64,000 nt of DNA, from positions 320,001 to 384,000 of the forward strand of contig CAXXLF010000002.1 of the NCBI GenBank assembly GCA_963664015.2. Direction: 5' to 3'. This document shows, one piece after another, positions 51,675 to 62,404 of this stretch. Source of the DNA: Candidatus Binatia bacterium. Lineage in GTDB: Bacteria; Desulfobacterota; Binatia; UBA9968; CAXXLF01. A program made the translations under genes and the position numbers. Every line of letters starts with the position of its first letter. Position 1 is the first letter of the stretch. The notes below the pieces were generated by a model. It was not told the origin of the DNA. It saw only the letters and a list, made by a program, of their open reading frames with translations, and searched no databases.

Positions 51675-52769
51675 ATGGAATCACGAGTCATTGACGCCGA
51701 CACCCACGTGGCAGAACCGGTCGGCATGTGGGAACACCTCGACCAAAAATGGTACGGCCGCCGGCCCGTCATCGTCTCCCTTCCCGACGACACCTTATAC
51801 CGGGAGCAAACCGCCGTGTGGTTGATTGATGGTAACATCTTCCCGAAAGTAGCCGGTATGGGAGGCAGTCTGTTGATCACACCGTCCGCCGCCAAAAAAC
51901 AGGCTGCAAGAAAAGACATCAGCGTCGGCTGCCGGGAGATGACCGACACCACGACTCGGCTTGCGGATATGGACCGGCTGAATATTCACACCCAGGTTGT
52001 TTATCCCACCCTTTTCCTCGTTCATTTAACCGAGGATGTCGGCTTCGAGGTTGCCCTGTGTCGTGCCTACAACAGATTTATGGGCGATGCCTGCGCCAAA
52101 GGAGGGAGTCGTATCCGTTGGGTAGCCATCCCACCCCTACGATCAATCGAGGAGTCCATCAACGAATTGCGCTGGTCTAAAGAACATGGGGCGGTAGGAG
52201 TTTTCTTTAGGGGCATGGAAAATGACGTGAACATCGACGATCCCTATTTTTTCCCCGTTTACGAGGAAGCGGCTCGATTGAACCTACCCATCTGTATCCA
52301 TCAGGCAATGGGTTCCCCCACTATGATGCGCCTATTCGATATCCAACAGCACAGCACCTTTTCCCAGTCGAGGCTCCTTCCCCTGATCGCCTTTAGAAAC
52401 ATTGTCGCCAACAAGATCCCGGAACGCTTTCCTGGCCTCAAATTCGGCTTTATAGAAGCCTGCGCCGGATGGATCCCGTTTCTCGTCCATCATCTTAGGC
52501 GGTCGCTGCGCCGGCGCTGGAAGTTCGCCTCGAGCGTCGACCTCTTCCGGGAATACCGGCTCTTCGTGGCCTGTGAAGCGGACGAGGATATCCCCTACCT
52601 GACCCAATTTACAGGTGAAGACAATCTCATTATCGGGTCCGATTACGGGCACCCCGATGCCTCGGAAGAACCCGAACTGGTGGCCATGATGAGGGCTCGA
52701 ACGGACCTCTCCAAAGAGGTGACTGACAAGATACTGTCCTCCAACGCGCGGGATTTCTATTCATTTTAA
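51675..52769 (+). CDS. Amidohydrolase_2 family protein (tandem paralogue)
   Basis: DADTH, YPT, CIH, GFIEA, GSDYGH. Confidence 0.92.
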   Translation: MESRVIDADTHVAEPVGMWEHLDQKWYGRRPVIVSLPDDTLYREQTAVWLIDGNIFPKVAGMGGSLLITPSAAKKQAARKDISVGCREMTDTTTRLADMDRLNIHTQVVYPTLFLVHLTEDVGFEVALCRAYNRFMGDACAKGGSRIRWVAIPPLRSIEESINELRWSKEHGAVGVFFRGMENDVNIDDPYFFPVYEEAARLNLPICIHQAMGSPTMMRLFDIQQHSTFSQSRLLPLIAFRNIVANKIPERFPGLKFGFIEACAGWIPFLVHHLRRSLRRRWKFASSVDLFREYRLFVACEADEDIPYLTQFTGEDNLIIGSDYGHPDASEEPELVAMMRARTDLSKEVTDKILSSNARDFYSF

Positions 52770-52791
52770 TATCCCTCACTGGAAATCATGT

Positions 52792-53738
52792 TTACCGCTT
52801 CCATACGTCATCCATTCGGCCCCCCGCCAGCAACTCCTCTATACAATGCCCAAGGAGCTGGGCAAGCAGTTTTGCTGGCGGGAAAACGTAGGTTCGGTCT
52901 TTAGTGCGGCAAGAGTACTCACGAGGGAACGCGTATGCCGATCCTTTCCCTCCAATCGCAAAATTAACTTGTATTTCGGCGATAACGTCCCAGTAAAGTT
53001 GAGGGGTCTCCGTGTGCCTCCAAAACCTACGGATTTCACCTGTCACACCTATCTCTTGATTGGAAACGACGATTCGGTGCCCCATCGCGCTGAGCTCATC
53101 AGGCAGGGCCTCTGCGATTATTTTCGTGGCAACAGGCGAGTCAACCTGCGCTGCGGGTCCCAAGGTTTCAGCTCGAGGGGTGAGGGACAAGGCAAATACT
53201 TCACCTTGTACAATGTCAGTACCGTGTTTGATCCGTAGCTCGAGGTCGTGTGCAATGTCTTTCGCGGCCCTATCAAAAACCGTCTTCCAAGCCCAGATCG
53301 TAAAGAGTCCCCCGAAATACACGCTCCTCTGGTGATCCTCCGTAGCCATTCGGGATCCATCCCGAAAACTCCGTATCTCTCCTATGATGGTTAGGACCGC
53401 CCCCCCAAACCCGGCAACAACCATCGCCCGAAGGCATTACCTGGACGGTATTCGGTAAATTGCAGATCCAGCAAATAGTTGTTTGATCCCACTCCCGTGG
53501 ACAACGTCAGCCCCTTGTCGGTCAGGGCGGCTTGCATGGACTCCCGCAGCAGTAAGACCACATTTTGATCGAAGGTCTTACCGGTGACGTTGGTCACTTT
53601 GTCCAACATCAGGGTAGCGTTGGGTTGGGACGTAAACCTTTGACCATAGCGGAGGGTTCCCGTGGACGCGCTGCAGCCGGACAGGGAAACCCCCAGAATA
53701 GAAATGATGGCTATCCGATAAAAGTATGGATTAAACAT
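52792..53738 (-). CDS. DUF4410-like lipoprotein split by a frameshift in a G7 tract (53400-53406)
   Basis: Lipobox LSGC. YRPGNAFGRWLLPGLGG continues in frame to AVLTIIGEI if the tract is G8. Confidence 0.7.
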
Positions 53739-53739
53739 T

Positions 53740-54154
53740 TACCTATGCAATCCGAGTCAAAGGCAAATTGGGGGAACCTGGCGTTGAGTTGGTCAGACTC
53801 ATAAACGACATGCTCCAGGTGGTGGCGCTGCGCGCTGTCCATACTCCCTCGGACCACATCACTGGACGGGCTTCCAATCATCAGACCGCCGGTTTCGGTC
53901 AGGAGCCGCAGGCCGCTATCAACCTCGAGCCGTCCCCATAACTCGTACGCACGCAAGACTAGAGGCACATAAACCGGCCCCTCGAAATACGCCTGACGGA
54001 TCACTCGGGATTGCCCATGCCTCGCCCCCTGTTAATGAGGCGGGTGAAACCGATTGATCCCGACAACCCTTGTAGCAGCCCGGGCCAGGTGACAAACCGC
54101 AGCACTTCCCAACCCTCCCAACTCGACTACGACAGCGTCGCAGGTCTCAGTCAT
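53740..54154 (-). pseudogene. Monomeric sarcosine oxidase/SolA N-terminal remnant
   Basis: VVVELGGLGSAA...PPH*QGARHGQSRVIRQAYFEGPVYVPL...TGGLMIG; truncated and abutting the next gene. Confidence 0.8.
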
Positions 54155-54182
54155 CTTGCCTCCGTTAGCCGTTTAATCGCCG

Positions 54183-54665
54183 TCACCAGCAACGACAGGC
54201 CCTGGCCGCATCGGTCCGATGGGGTATATGAATGAAACCAAATCGAGCATGGGAACGGCGTCGGGTCAAGAAATCCAGAATAACGTACATAGAATAGTTA
54301 CAGACATACTGGCCGGCATCGCTGGAAGATCGGGCCTTCCCACCGACAACCAGCCTCAGGCCGGTCATTAACCTCTGCGATCCACGAGGGATAATCCGCC
54401 GCGGCTTACCCTGTTTACGGTCGCGTCTCCCATTGACAGCCCGGGTCTCGATTCTTAGTCGATTTCCTCCAGAGCACTGCCCCAATCCGAGGACAATATC
54501 CGGATTGGTATCCTTGACGGCTTTGATGAATTTATTTCGGTGAAATTTCACCGGGAAAACGATTTTTTTGGGCCGGCGACGGTTCAGTAGGCCGCGCACA
54601 ACCCGCTCCGTTACGTTATTCTTGAATTCGCCGTAAGGTCCAAACCCATAGACAATGATGCGCAT
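54183..54665 (-). CDS. Pyroglutamyl-peptidase I family (C-terminus possibly frameshifted)
   Basis: YGFGPY, LGLGQ, IETRAVN, SSDAGQYVCN, GFIHIP. Confidence 0.85.
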   Translation of the reverse strand: MRIIVYGFGPYGEFKNNVTERVVRGLLNRRRPKKIVFPVKFHRNKFIKAVKDTNPDIVLGLGQCSGGNRLRIETRAVNGRRDRKQGKPRRIIPRGSQRLMTGLRLVVGGKARSSSDAGQYVCNYSMYVILDFLTRRRSHARFGFIHIPHRTDAARACRCW

Positions 54666-54771
54666 GGATTCTCCCACCGTTTTCAATTCGGCCCATGGGA
54701 ACCACCGATCATCGATTTTTTACCATACCAAAGATCATTCGGCCCCGACACCCACGGCATAATCAGGTTTG

Positions 54772-54800
54772 TTGACACCACATCATGTTCCCGCTATTTT
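54772..54800 (+). promoter_or_regulatory. Putative sigma70 promoter
   Basis: TTGACA-N17-TATTTT upstream of the ubiD-like gene. Confidence 0.55.
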
Positions 54801-54824
54801 CTCATCACATAGGAGATCAAGCTA

Positions 54825-56249
54825 ATGCCGTATGAATCGCTGGGCGAATTTATCAAGGCGGCGGATGCCGTGGGCGAAGTAAGAACCGTAGAGGGCGCCG
54901 ACCTGGAGCTGGATGTGGGCTGCTTGACGGAGCTAATGGCCGAGCGAGACGGCCCCATGCTCCTTTTTGATAAGTTTCGCGACTTTCCTCCCGGCTACCG
55001 CGTCGCCTCCAATGCCGTCCGCTCCATTCGTCGCTTTGCCCTCGCGTTGGATATGCCGGTCCACATCCATCCGCTGGAGTTGCTCCGCCTGTGGCGCGAC
55101 AAACGCAAAGAAGCTATGGCTGTCCCCATCAAACCGGTGAAGGATGGGCCAATCATGGAGTACGTACAGCAAGCCGATGAGGTAGACATCCAACACTTTC
55201 CCGTCCCCCTATGGCACATGGGAGACGGCGGCCGCTACATCGGGACTCAGGACATGGTTATCACTCGAGACCCGGAGCAGAATTGGGTTAATATGGGCGT
55301 CTACCGCGGAATGATTCAGGACCGCGATCGAATCAGCCTCTGGATCAATCCCATGAAACACGGAAGGATCATTGTCGAGCGCTATTGGAACGCTGGAAAA
55401 TCCGCCCCGGTGGCAGTTGTCCTGGGTTGTGAACCTGTGACATGGATGACCGCATCCATGTCACCTCCTTTTGGTTCTTCCGAGTACGAACTTGCAGGGG
55501 CGTATCGCGGCCGACCCGTAGAAATTGTCCACCTGCCCCTTACCGGGTTACCGGTCCCCAGCGGCGCGGAGATCGTCATCGAGGGAGTCATCCCTCCCAT
55601 CACGGAAGAAAGCGCTAACGAAGGTCCATTTGGCGAGTGGCCCGGTTATTATACCCACCAGGGCCCCGAGTGCGTGGTTCGAATCCAGCGAATCTACCAT
55701 CGTCAAAACCCGATTCTGGCCGGGGCGCCCCCCCTTCGACCTATCGGTTGGAGCAATATCACGACCTATGTCCACCTAATGGACCATTTGGAACGCTCCG
55801 GGATCACCGATGTCACAGGCGTCTGGGGCTTCAATAATGGACTGCTGACCGTCATTTCGCTGCGTCAACGTTACGCCGGTCATGCCAAACAGGCTCTAGT
55901 CACGGCGGCCGGTTTTCGTCACGGCGATATGAAGTGCTACTACGTTGCTGTAGACGAAGATATCGACCCGACGAATCTCCAAGAGGTTCTATGGGCGATG
56001 TGTACCCGCGTGGATCCCGCAACGGCCGTCGATATTATTCACGACACATGGACCGGAGGATTGGATCCACGATTGTCACCGGCTAAAAGGGCCGACGGTG
56101 ACCTGACCATAGGCCGCATGCTAATCAACGCATGTCGACCCTACAGCTGGCGGGACCGTTTTCCCAAAACTAACGTATTCTCGGCCTCCGATCGTAAGCG
56201 CGTAGAGGAGAAATGGCGTGACCTCCTAGAGGGTCTGAACAAAAGCTAG
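54825..56249 (+). CDS. UbiD family (prFMN) decarboxylase
   Basis: DGGRYIGT, NMGVYR, EGPFGEWPGYY, VDEDIDP, WAMCTRVDP. Confidence 0.94.
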   Translation: MPYESLGEFIKAADAVGEVRTVEGADLELDVGCLTELMAERDGPMLLFDKFRDFPPGYRVASNAVRSIRRFALALDMPVHIHPLELLRLWRDKRKEAMAVPIKPVKDGPIMEYVQQADEVDIQHFPVPLWHMGDGGRYIGTQDMVITRDPEQNWVNMGVYRGMIQDRDRISLWINPMKHGRIIVERYWNAGKSAPVAVVLGCEPVTWMTASMSPPFGSSEYELAGAYRGRPVEIVHLPLTGLPVPSGAEIVIEGVIPPITEESANEGPFGEWPGYYTHQGPECVVRIQRIYHRQNPILAGAPPLRPIGWSNITTYVHLMDHLERSGITDVTGVWGFNNGLLTVISLRQRYAGHAKQALVTAAGFRHGDMKCYYVAVDEDIDPTNLQEVLWAMCTRVDPATAVDIIHDTWTGGLDPRLSPAKRADGDLTIGRMLINACRPYSWRDRFPKTNVFSASDRKRVEEKWRDLLEGLNKS

Positions 56250-56285
56250 ATAAGTTCTGATTCAGTCAATCTATTTTGACGAACT

Positions 56286-56468
56286 TTACCCTTTCCCATC
56301 GTTCATCAGACAGTGTTTGGTGAAATCTAGAGCCTCATTGGTCGACCAGTCACCCTTGGGCTTTTTTTTCATATTTTCACACCATTCCTTGCTCCCCACC
56401 TTTGGCGCGCATGCAGCCATTAGTGACAATATAAATATCAGACAGAAGTATCTTACGACTCGGATCAT
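56286..56468 (-). CDS. DUF3012-type small lipoprotein
   Basis: MAACAPKVGSKEWCENMKKKPKGDWSTNEALDFTKHCL; GGAGG RBS. Confidence 0.85.
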   Translation of the reverse strand: MIRVVRYFCLIFILSLMAACAPKVGSKEWCENMKKKPKGDWSTNEALDFTKHCLMNDGKG

Positions 56469-56479
56469 GATTCCCTCCA

Positions 56480-57324
56480 ACGGCATCCGCATCTTTATAA
56501 CAGCCATCGGGATCCAGACTCAGGTTGAGCGGGTGATCGCTGGGGAAGTTGAGCCTGGAATTGACATCCCACACGGAAGCGCCAGGTGTTTCCGCCAATT
56601 CGATTGCGTGGTTCCAACCGTGGGGAGGGCGTGCCGCAAAATCCGCGATGATCACCGGCCGCTTGGCATCCGCCAGGATGTCAACCGCTTTATCCAGGGC
56701 CGCCGGATCCGGACTCATCGGTGCAGGCTGAAATGCGGAGCCCTCCATCGGCATTTCTACTTCTGAGTCAGCTCCGATTCCCGCATGCCGGCATCGTATC
56801 AGATGTAGATCGGCCTCTGGCGCGCGCTCATCATGACCGAGTAGGCACGAGCGAAGGCACCTGGCACCCCCTCCACTGTCGTGGGCTGATAGTCCCACTT
56901 GACAAAATTCCGGATCGCCTCGCCCTGTCCGTTCGTCGCATGGATCCAATCGATTAAAGGCCGACGCTTAGGTTCCGCCATGGGACCCGTGGCACCGATA
57001 ATAAAGACCGGGGCAGGATCCAAATACGCGTAATAGACGCCCATAGGAGCGTGAAGAAGACCGACCAGGTCGTGCACGATAGCAATCATGGGCCTACCCG
57101 TATGCGATTTGGACCGCAATCTTTTCATGCTGGCAATGTATCATCTGGGGATCATTCTCGCCGTAAATGACCAGAGAATCGTGCAGCCCCCGGTAGCTGG
57201 CGCCCGGGTTAAGTGCGATATACTCGAACCCGTACATTTTTATCATGTCGACAATGACATCGGACTGCTATCGCCGACCAGATTTATTGATTTCGTTCTT
57301 TTCATTTACCGCTGACTTAGCCAT
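56480..57324 (-). pseudogene. Thiamine-diphosphate-binding enzyme (ALS/BFD-like), fragmented and truncated
   Basis: LNPGASYRGLHDSL, HEKIAV, HDLVGLLHA, DWIH, VKWDYQP, spread over stops and frameshifts. Confidence 0.82.
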
Positions 57325-57403
57325 AGGGCATCCTCCTTTTACCGTCTATACGGTTTGGGTTTCCCTATCGTCATCCTCATCGTATTACAAGCCCCCTGGG
57401 CCT

Positions 57404-57697
57404 TTACCCTGAACGCTCACATAGTCCACTATAGGATCCATAGACCTTGGGATCGCCGCAGGCCAAACAGGCCTTCCCGTAGGTCTTCCACTCAGTCGAA
57501 TCGCATAGCGTGGTCACACAACGAACACCCGTATCCCGTTGGCCGCATACGGGATTGTACTCACGGGTGCAGATCTGAGGCCTCGGTTCAGTGCACGCAG
57601 TGATATTCCGGTCGTGCTCCACCATCCCAGAATCAAGCGTCCGTATGCATCCCGCCATCGTAATGAGAAAAGGGATGGGGACCAGAAACATCTTCAT
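57404..57697 (-). CDS. Kazal-like Cys-rich lipoprotein
   Basis: MAGC lipobox; CTEPRPQICTREYNPVCG...KTYGKACLAC. Confidence 0.8.
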   Translation of the reverse strand: MKMFLVPIPFLITMAGCIRTLDSGMVEHDRNITACTEPRPQICTREYNPVCGQRDTGVRCVTTLCDSTEWKTYGKACLACGDPKVYGSYSGLCERSG

Positions 57698-57750
57698 GGA
57701 TATTTCAACTCCCGGATAGAGTTTCAATTCCCAAAGACTCGGAATCATTT

Positions 57751-58389
57751 TTACTGAAAAACTTCTTGAATCGCCGGCCGGGCCCGTACACGCTCGATCC
57801 AGGAGCCCAGGTTGGGCCGGTTCTCGGTAACACTGAAGTCCAGTCTGTCGGTAGTGCCCAAAAGGGGAGGCACCATCGCAACATCAGCGAGCGTAAACAC
57901 TCTACGGCCGGGGCCGGCTACGTAATCGCGCCCCTGCAAACGCTTCTCCAGATAGTTGAGTTCTTCTTCCAGGGCTTTGCGATGTTCCCGTTCTGCGGCG
58001 GTATCGACACTGGCAGGATCTCGTGGCTCAGGACCATCCCGGGTAAACTCGAACCGATCGCGAACGACCCCTAAAAGGGATGCAAAAAGATGGCAGTCGG
58101 CGAAGTCTTCCCAGAGACGCACCAGGGCTTGACCCTCGGGATCACCGGGGCGAAGAGAAGACGACCGATAGGCATCTTCCAGATATTCATTGATGATCGT
58201 GGACTCGTAGAGGCAAGTGCCCGAGTCAAGCTCCAGGATCGGTACCTTCTTATAGGGGTTCATCATTGGGTAACGCGAATCGTCATGACGATTGTCATAT
58301 TCAATCCAATCGTAGGAAACCCTCTTCTCGCTAAGCACAATACGAACCTTGCGTGTATAAGGGGAACGTGTAAACCCGTAAAGTTTCAT
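57751..58389 (-). CDS. Glutathione S-transferase family protein
   Basis: SPYTRKVRI, NPYKKVP, ESTIINEYLE, FTLAD. Confidence 0.92.
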   Translation of the reverse strand: MKLYGFTRSPYTRKVRIVLSEKRVSYDWIEYDNRHDDSRYPMMNPYKKVPILELDSGTCLYESTIINEYLEDAYRSSSLRPGDPEGQALVRLWEDFADCHLFASLLGVVRDRFEFTRDGPEPRDPASVDTAAEREHRKALEEELNYLEKRLQGRDYVAGPGRRVFTLADVAMVPPLLGTTDRLDFSVTENRPNLGSWIERVRARPAIQEVFQ

Positions 58390-58555
58390 GCCCTATCCTC
58401 CTAATTTAGTCATTATCCGGTTCTAACCGCATCGATTTTTATCATGGCTCGTGTTCTGATTCCACGATTTCGACTGTAATTGCAGAGCCCGTTTCCACTG
58501 ATATCATATTCCCATTCAGACCATGTATTACACCAAGGACTCATACCAATTGGCA

Positions 58556-58584
58556 TTGACATATGGAGGGGTTTAAACTACCGT
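58556..58584 (+). promoter_or_regulatory. Putative sigma70 promoter
   Basis: TTGACA-N17-TACCGT. Confidence 0.4.
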
Positions 58585-58627
58585 ACTGCAAAGGAATCGC
58601 TCTCGCCTGCCAAAGGAGGTAGACGCC

Positions 58628-59737
58628 ATGCCATTACCAAGTAAGCTCCCGATTATCGATGCCGACGCCCATGTTATCGAGACTGAACGCACCTGGGACT
58701 ATCTAGAGCCATCGGAGCAGAAATTTAGGCCACTGCTCTACGCCTGCCCTGACCAACCGGGCCAGCAATACTGGGTAGTCGACGGTAAGATCCGGGGTTT
58801 TCGCTTCCGAACCCTATCGGAACAGCAGCTTCGGGATTTTTCTGACGTTTCGGGCAGGAATATGCAAACGCCTCAGGCTGCCCGCGAGCTGGACGACGTA
58901 GACCTTCGGCTCAAGCATATGGACTCGTTGGATATTGACGTTCAGGTGATGCACAACACCTATTGGATCGAGCAGGTTTCGGAACGACCGGAGATTGAAA
59001 CTGCGCTGTGTCGGAGCTGGAATCGCTGGATGGGGGATATTTGGCGTAAGAGCAACAATCGGCTCCGCTGGTCCTGCGTTACACCTGTCTTGGCCATGAA
59101 TGAAGCCATCGCAGAGGTCAAAACAGCAAAAGAAAACGGTGCAGTGGCAGTCTGCTTACGACCATTGGAGGGGAACCGTCATCTAACGGACCCCTACTAT
59201 TACCCCTTATACGAAACTGCATCGAATCTGGATCTGCCCATTGCCGTCCACATTGCTAACGGCAACCCGGCAAATTGCGATCTTTACCGAAATCCTCCGG
59301 TCAGCCGATTCGCCACCTTCCGGCAACCAACAGTAACCTCCTGCCTGGATGTGCTCTTGAGTGAGATACCCAGCGTATTTCCCAAGCTTCGCTGGGGATA
59401 TATCGAGACATCCGCTCAATGGGTGCCATGGATCTATAATGAAGTGATGCTTCGAACCAAGACATCGGGGCGAAAGTTACCGGAAGACGTATTTGGTGAA
59501 TATAACATCTTCGTAACCTGCCAGACCAATGATGATGTCCCCTACATCCTCCGTTATTCGGGCAAACACTGTCTGGTCATCGGGACCGACTACGGACATA
59601 CGGACCCGTCCAGTGAGATGGATGCCATTATCGAATTCCAGCGGCAGGAAGGGGTAAGCCCGGAGGACAAGGAACGGATTCTATCCCTCAATCCGAGCAA
59701 GCTATACGGACTTGCTACGACCAACGGTCAGAACTAA
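58628..59737 (+). CDS. Amidohydrolase_2 family protein
   Basis: DADAH, AVH, GYIETS, GTDYGH. Confidence 0.92.
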   Translation: MPLPSKLPIIDADAHVIETERTWDYLEPSEQKFRPLLYACPDQPGQQYWVVDGKIRGFRFRTLSEQQLRDFSDVSGRNMQTPQAARELDDVDLRLKHMDSLDIDVQVMHNTYWIEQVSERPEIETALCRSWNRWMGDIWRKSNNRLRWSCVTPVLAMNEAIAEVKTAKENGAVAVCLRPLEGNRHLTDPYYYPLYETASNLDLPIAVHIANGNPANCDLYRNPPVSRFATFRQPTVTSCLDVLLSEIPSVFPKLRWGYIETSAQWVPWIYNEVMLRTKTSGRKLPEDVFGEYNIFVTCQTNDDVPYILRYSGKHCLVIGTDYGHTDPSSEMDAIIEFQRQEGVSPEDKERILSLNPSKLYGLATTNGQN

Positions 59738-59817
59738 GGGATTAGATGGTGCACGCCGATCACCTTGAGGGCGGCTCCTAGTGCGAGATGAAAGGGCGGA
59801 AGAGGCATAGGAGATTA

Positions 59818-60063
59818 TCACCCGTGACTTTCGTCCCTCAAACTGCGCAGTATCCCATAACCGGCAATTGCGGAAAGGATTGCCCCCACCGTCCAAACAA
59901 GACGCTTCCCCTGTGTATCGACATTGATCCCGAAGAACTCAAGCTCCACCGATACCAGCCCTGTTACCGTCAAGATATCCGGTAGTATCATGAACCCCCC
60001 AAAGCCTAAAAGTATCGCTCCCAGTCCTCGCAAACAATTTTTAACAATACCATCTCGTTCCAT
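59818..60063 (-). CDS. Small 2-TM membrane protein (cassette-like)
   Basis: Short hydrophobic ORF co-oriented with the array. Confidence 0.55.
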   Translation of the reverse strand: MERDGIVKNCLRGLGAILLGFGGFMILPDILTVTGLVSVELEFFGINVDTQGKRLVWTVGAILSAIAGYGILRSLRDESHG

Positions 60064-60074
60064 TAAAATCAGAA

Positions 60075-60410
60075 TCAGCCATTCTGTCCTTTATTCAACT
60101 TGATTGCCGGTCGGGACACGCTAGCCCGATGCCACCAGACTAAAATGCCCCGAAGCAACCCTGAAATGACGATAACAATCAGCACAGGCCAGATCAGAAC
60201 CAGGTCCAACCGGATATCCCAGTTATTCGGCATAGCATACTCATACGCAGCGTAAACAACGATCCCAAGCAACGGCAATACCAGCGTCCAACGATTCTTC
60301 CCAGATTTCATCGTCCAGGGAAAAAGGGATAGGAGGGCCAAAGCCCCTATAGCGAAAAGGCAGGCGTTCAGGATCCGATTGAGGAACGGGTCATTCACAT
60401 CGATGATCAT
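60075..60410 (-). CDS. Small membrane protein (cassette-like)
   Basis: Three TM segments, WDIRLDL motif; preceded by core site GTTAGCT (60429-60435). Confidence 0.65.
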   Translation of the reverse strand: MIIDVNDPFLNRILNACLFAIGALALLSLFPWTMKSGKNRWTLVLPLLGIVVYAAYEYAMPNNWDIRLDLVLIWPVLIVIVISGLLRGILVWWHRASVSRPAIKLNKGQNG

Positions 60411-60430
60411 TGACGACTCTCGTACTACAG

Positions 60431-60700
60431 CTAACGATACCAATCATCCGTTACGACCCTAGCTCCCACAAGCATTTGGTTTTTTACGGGCAAAATACCG
60501 CTCTGGATTGTGATATGGGGCACCCCCGCATATTTTATCGCACTATATAAGAGCCATCCGGCCTTGAAACTCACTAAACCTGAGCCGATTAAGCCGGTTA
60601 AATAGGTGAAGTAATTACCTTTCCTGCCCGCAAAGGAGCCCGCTGAACCGCTGAGATAATACACCATCACGTTGGGGTATCTTGTTGGGCCGCACGACAC
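60431..60700 (-). pseudogene. Cassette-like ORF remnant
   Basis: Lies between the core-like sites GTTGGGT (60714-60720) and GTTAGCT. Confidence 0.3.
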
Positions 60701-60750
60701 AAAATGAAATGTGACCCAACAATCGCTGCAATTAGGAGGATTTGGAATAC

Positions 60751-60987
60751 TCAGAATTCATACAATTTCACGAGAAACGCCGCATGGAGCAAGGCAATGA
60801 TCAAACCCATGAGAAATAGTTTGAATTTTGCTGAGCGAATAAGAATGTCACGCCAAGAGATACCCCCTTGATTATAACCTTCTCGAATCTTGGGTGCCGA
60901 GAAAAACACGATCAGCAGTATGGTACCGACTGTAATAATAGGAATAGACCCGACGGCAAACGACAATATATCCTGAGCGTAGTGCAA
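60751..60987 (-). CDS. Small 2-TM membrane protein or remnant
   Basis: Hydrophobic ORF abutting the ceramidase fragment. Confidence 0.4.
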   Translation of the reverse strand: MHYAQDILSFAVGSIPIITVGTILLIVFFSAPKIREGYNQGGISWRDILIRSAKFKLFLMGLIIALLHAAFLVKLYEF

Positions 60988-61208
60988 CTACCTTGGTAAG
61001 CCTGGTCATTCCAAGGACGCCTACGACAGCAAAAGGGATGTTGATGGTAACGTTCCAGAAGTTCGGTATTCCGAACAATGCCCTATCATCCGCAAATTAG
61101 TAGTACATAAGGGTCTTGAGGGATCCGTGGTACAAATAGCGAACCAATCACCCCTACCGCTGCAACTATCAGAACCACCCACACTCTCCATCCCTCACCG
61201 AAGCTCAT
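60980..61208 (-). pseudogene. Alkaline ceramidase-like membrane protein, N-terminal fragment
   Basis: PRIPQDP.../FADDRALFGIPNFWNVTINIPF split by a frameshift, then truncated. Confidence 0.65.
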
Positions 61209-61231
61209 TTCGTGTTTCCTTGGACCTTCAG

Positions 61232-61254
61232 GGCAAACAGTTAAGCTCAGCCGC
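61232..61254 (-). other. attC right-arm remnant
   Basis: GCGGCTGAGCTTAACT-GTTTGCC between the M23 gene and the next ORF; left arm not recognisable. Confidence 0.4.
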
Positions 61255-61307
61255 CCTGAGGCCGTCCAAGGGACTGGGGAAAAGGCAGTGTCTTGACCAT
61301 GGGAATG

Positions 61308-62213
61308 CTATTTACAAACATAAGGCCAGATGCGTTTGGTGCTGGCCGGAATGACCGTTCCATCAGCTTTCATGTATGGCACAAGAACCTGTTCTTGACT
61401 GCTGGGCAACATAACCAGGGCTTGTGAGTCATAAGGCGGATCAAGGCGATAAAACGCATTCGGGTCCATGAAGTACCCGTTCTTTGGCATTACGACTCGC
61501 CCGTCATTCGACCACTCGGGGGACTCGCTATATAGAATTGCAAAATGCAAGGCATCTCGGCGCACCCTTCTACCCATCTTACCGGAATTCGCTGTATTCC
61601 CGATCACGGCCCCCATCTTGACCTTCGCACCGATAGGGAGCGGGGACATTTCTCGAAGGTGGGTGTATTGGGAGTACGTCCAAAAAGGCAGACCTGTCTG
61701 ATCCGGGATATGACGGAGCATGATTTCGACGCCCTTTCTGTTACCAATATTCTGAAACTTTCCAACGACCTGACCATCTGCAATCGCTCTTATGGGTGCT
61801 CCTCTCCGCTGGGGGATGTCGATACCTTTGTGTAAAGCGGCGCGGCCACGCTTGAAACTATAATCGATTGCCCATTTTTCACTATCGATTTCCGGGCAGT
61901 CTCCTCCATCAATAAAATCAGGTACAAGATAGGTCTCGATGACCCCTCTGGCCTCCTGAATCGCGACATTCTCAGCAGCTCCTCTCCGTCTATCCTTACC
62001 CACCATCCTACGAACTTCACGACTAATTTGACTGGGCGGAATAAATCCATCCAACTCTTCGCAAGTTTCACATAATGAAGACAATCGCATCTTGTTGTGC
62101 GACCGCTGGGATTCCTTCAAACACCCAGCAGGCACCATCAACGAGACCATGGCTACGCCAATATAGGCTAACTTCCCCACCTTCTCCAATGAATGAAACA
62201 TAGTAAACACCAA
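61308..62213 (-). CDS. M23 family metallopeptidase, probably the first integron cassette
   Basis: HKGID (HxxxD), YTHL, ALHF. Confidence 0.88.
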   Translation of the reverse strand: MVFTMFHSLEKVGKLAYIGVAMVSLMVPAGCLKESQRSHNKMRLSSLCETCEELDGFIPPSQISREVRRMVGKDRRRGAAENVAIQEARGVIETYLVPDFIDGGDCPEIDSEKWAIDYSFKRGRAALHKGIDIPQRRGAPIRAIADGQVVGKFQNIGNRKGVEIMLRHIPDQTGLPFWTYSQYTHLREMSPLPIGAKVKMGAVIGNTANSGKMGRRVRRDALHFAILYSESPEWSNDGRVVMPKNGYFMDPNAFYRLDPPYDSQALVMLPSSQEQVLVPYMKADGTVIPASTKRIWPYVCK

Positions 62214-62328
62214 GTAATTACGGACCCGTCGAAGCTCTATTGTCGCACCAATCGCGATTGCTCCAAGTGCCTAGAAAGCTTTCACAAGTACATATACTGC
62301 CATCGTAATAACTGACAGTGAGCCACAT

Positions 62329-62335
62329 GTCTAAC
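62329..62335 (-). other. Candidate attI core site GTTAGAC downstream of intI
   Basis: Perfect GTTRRRY between the intI remnant and the first co-oriented ORF; only 7 bp of evidence. Confidence 0.4.
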
Positions 62336-62404
62336 AGAACGCACGGACATCGTACCATTGAGCGGTGATATAAGCGACGAAATGCGCAGCCCGAGAAGCG
62401 GATC

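Noticed and set aside
56286-58389. DUF3012, Kazal and GST small genes as integron cassettes
   Set aside because: Co-oriented and cassette-sized, but no attC-like palindromes were found between them.
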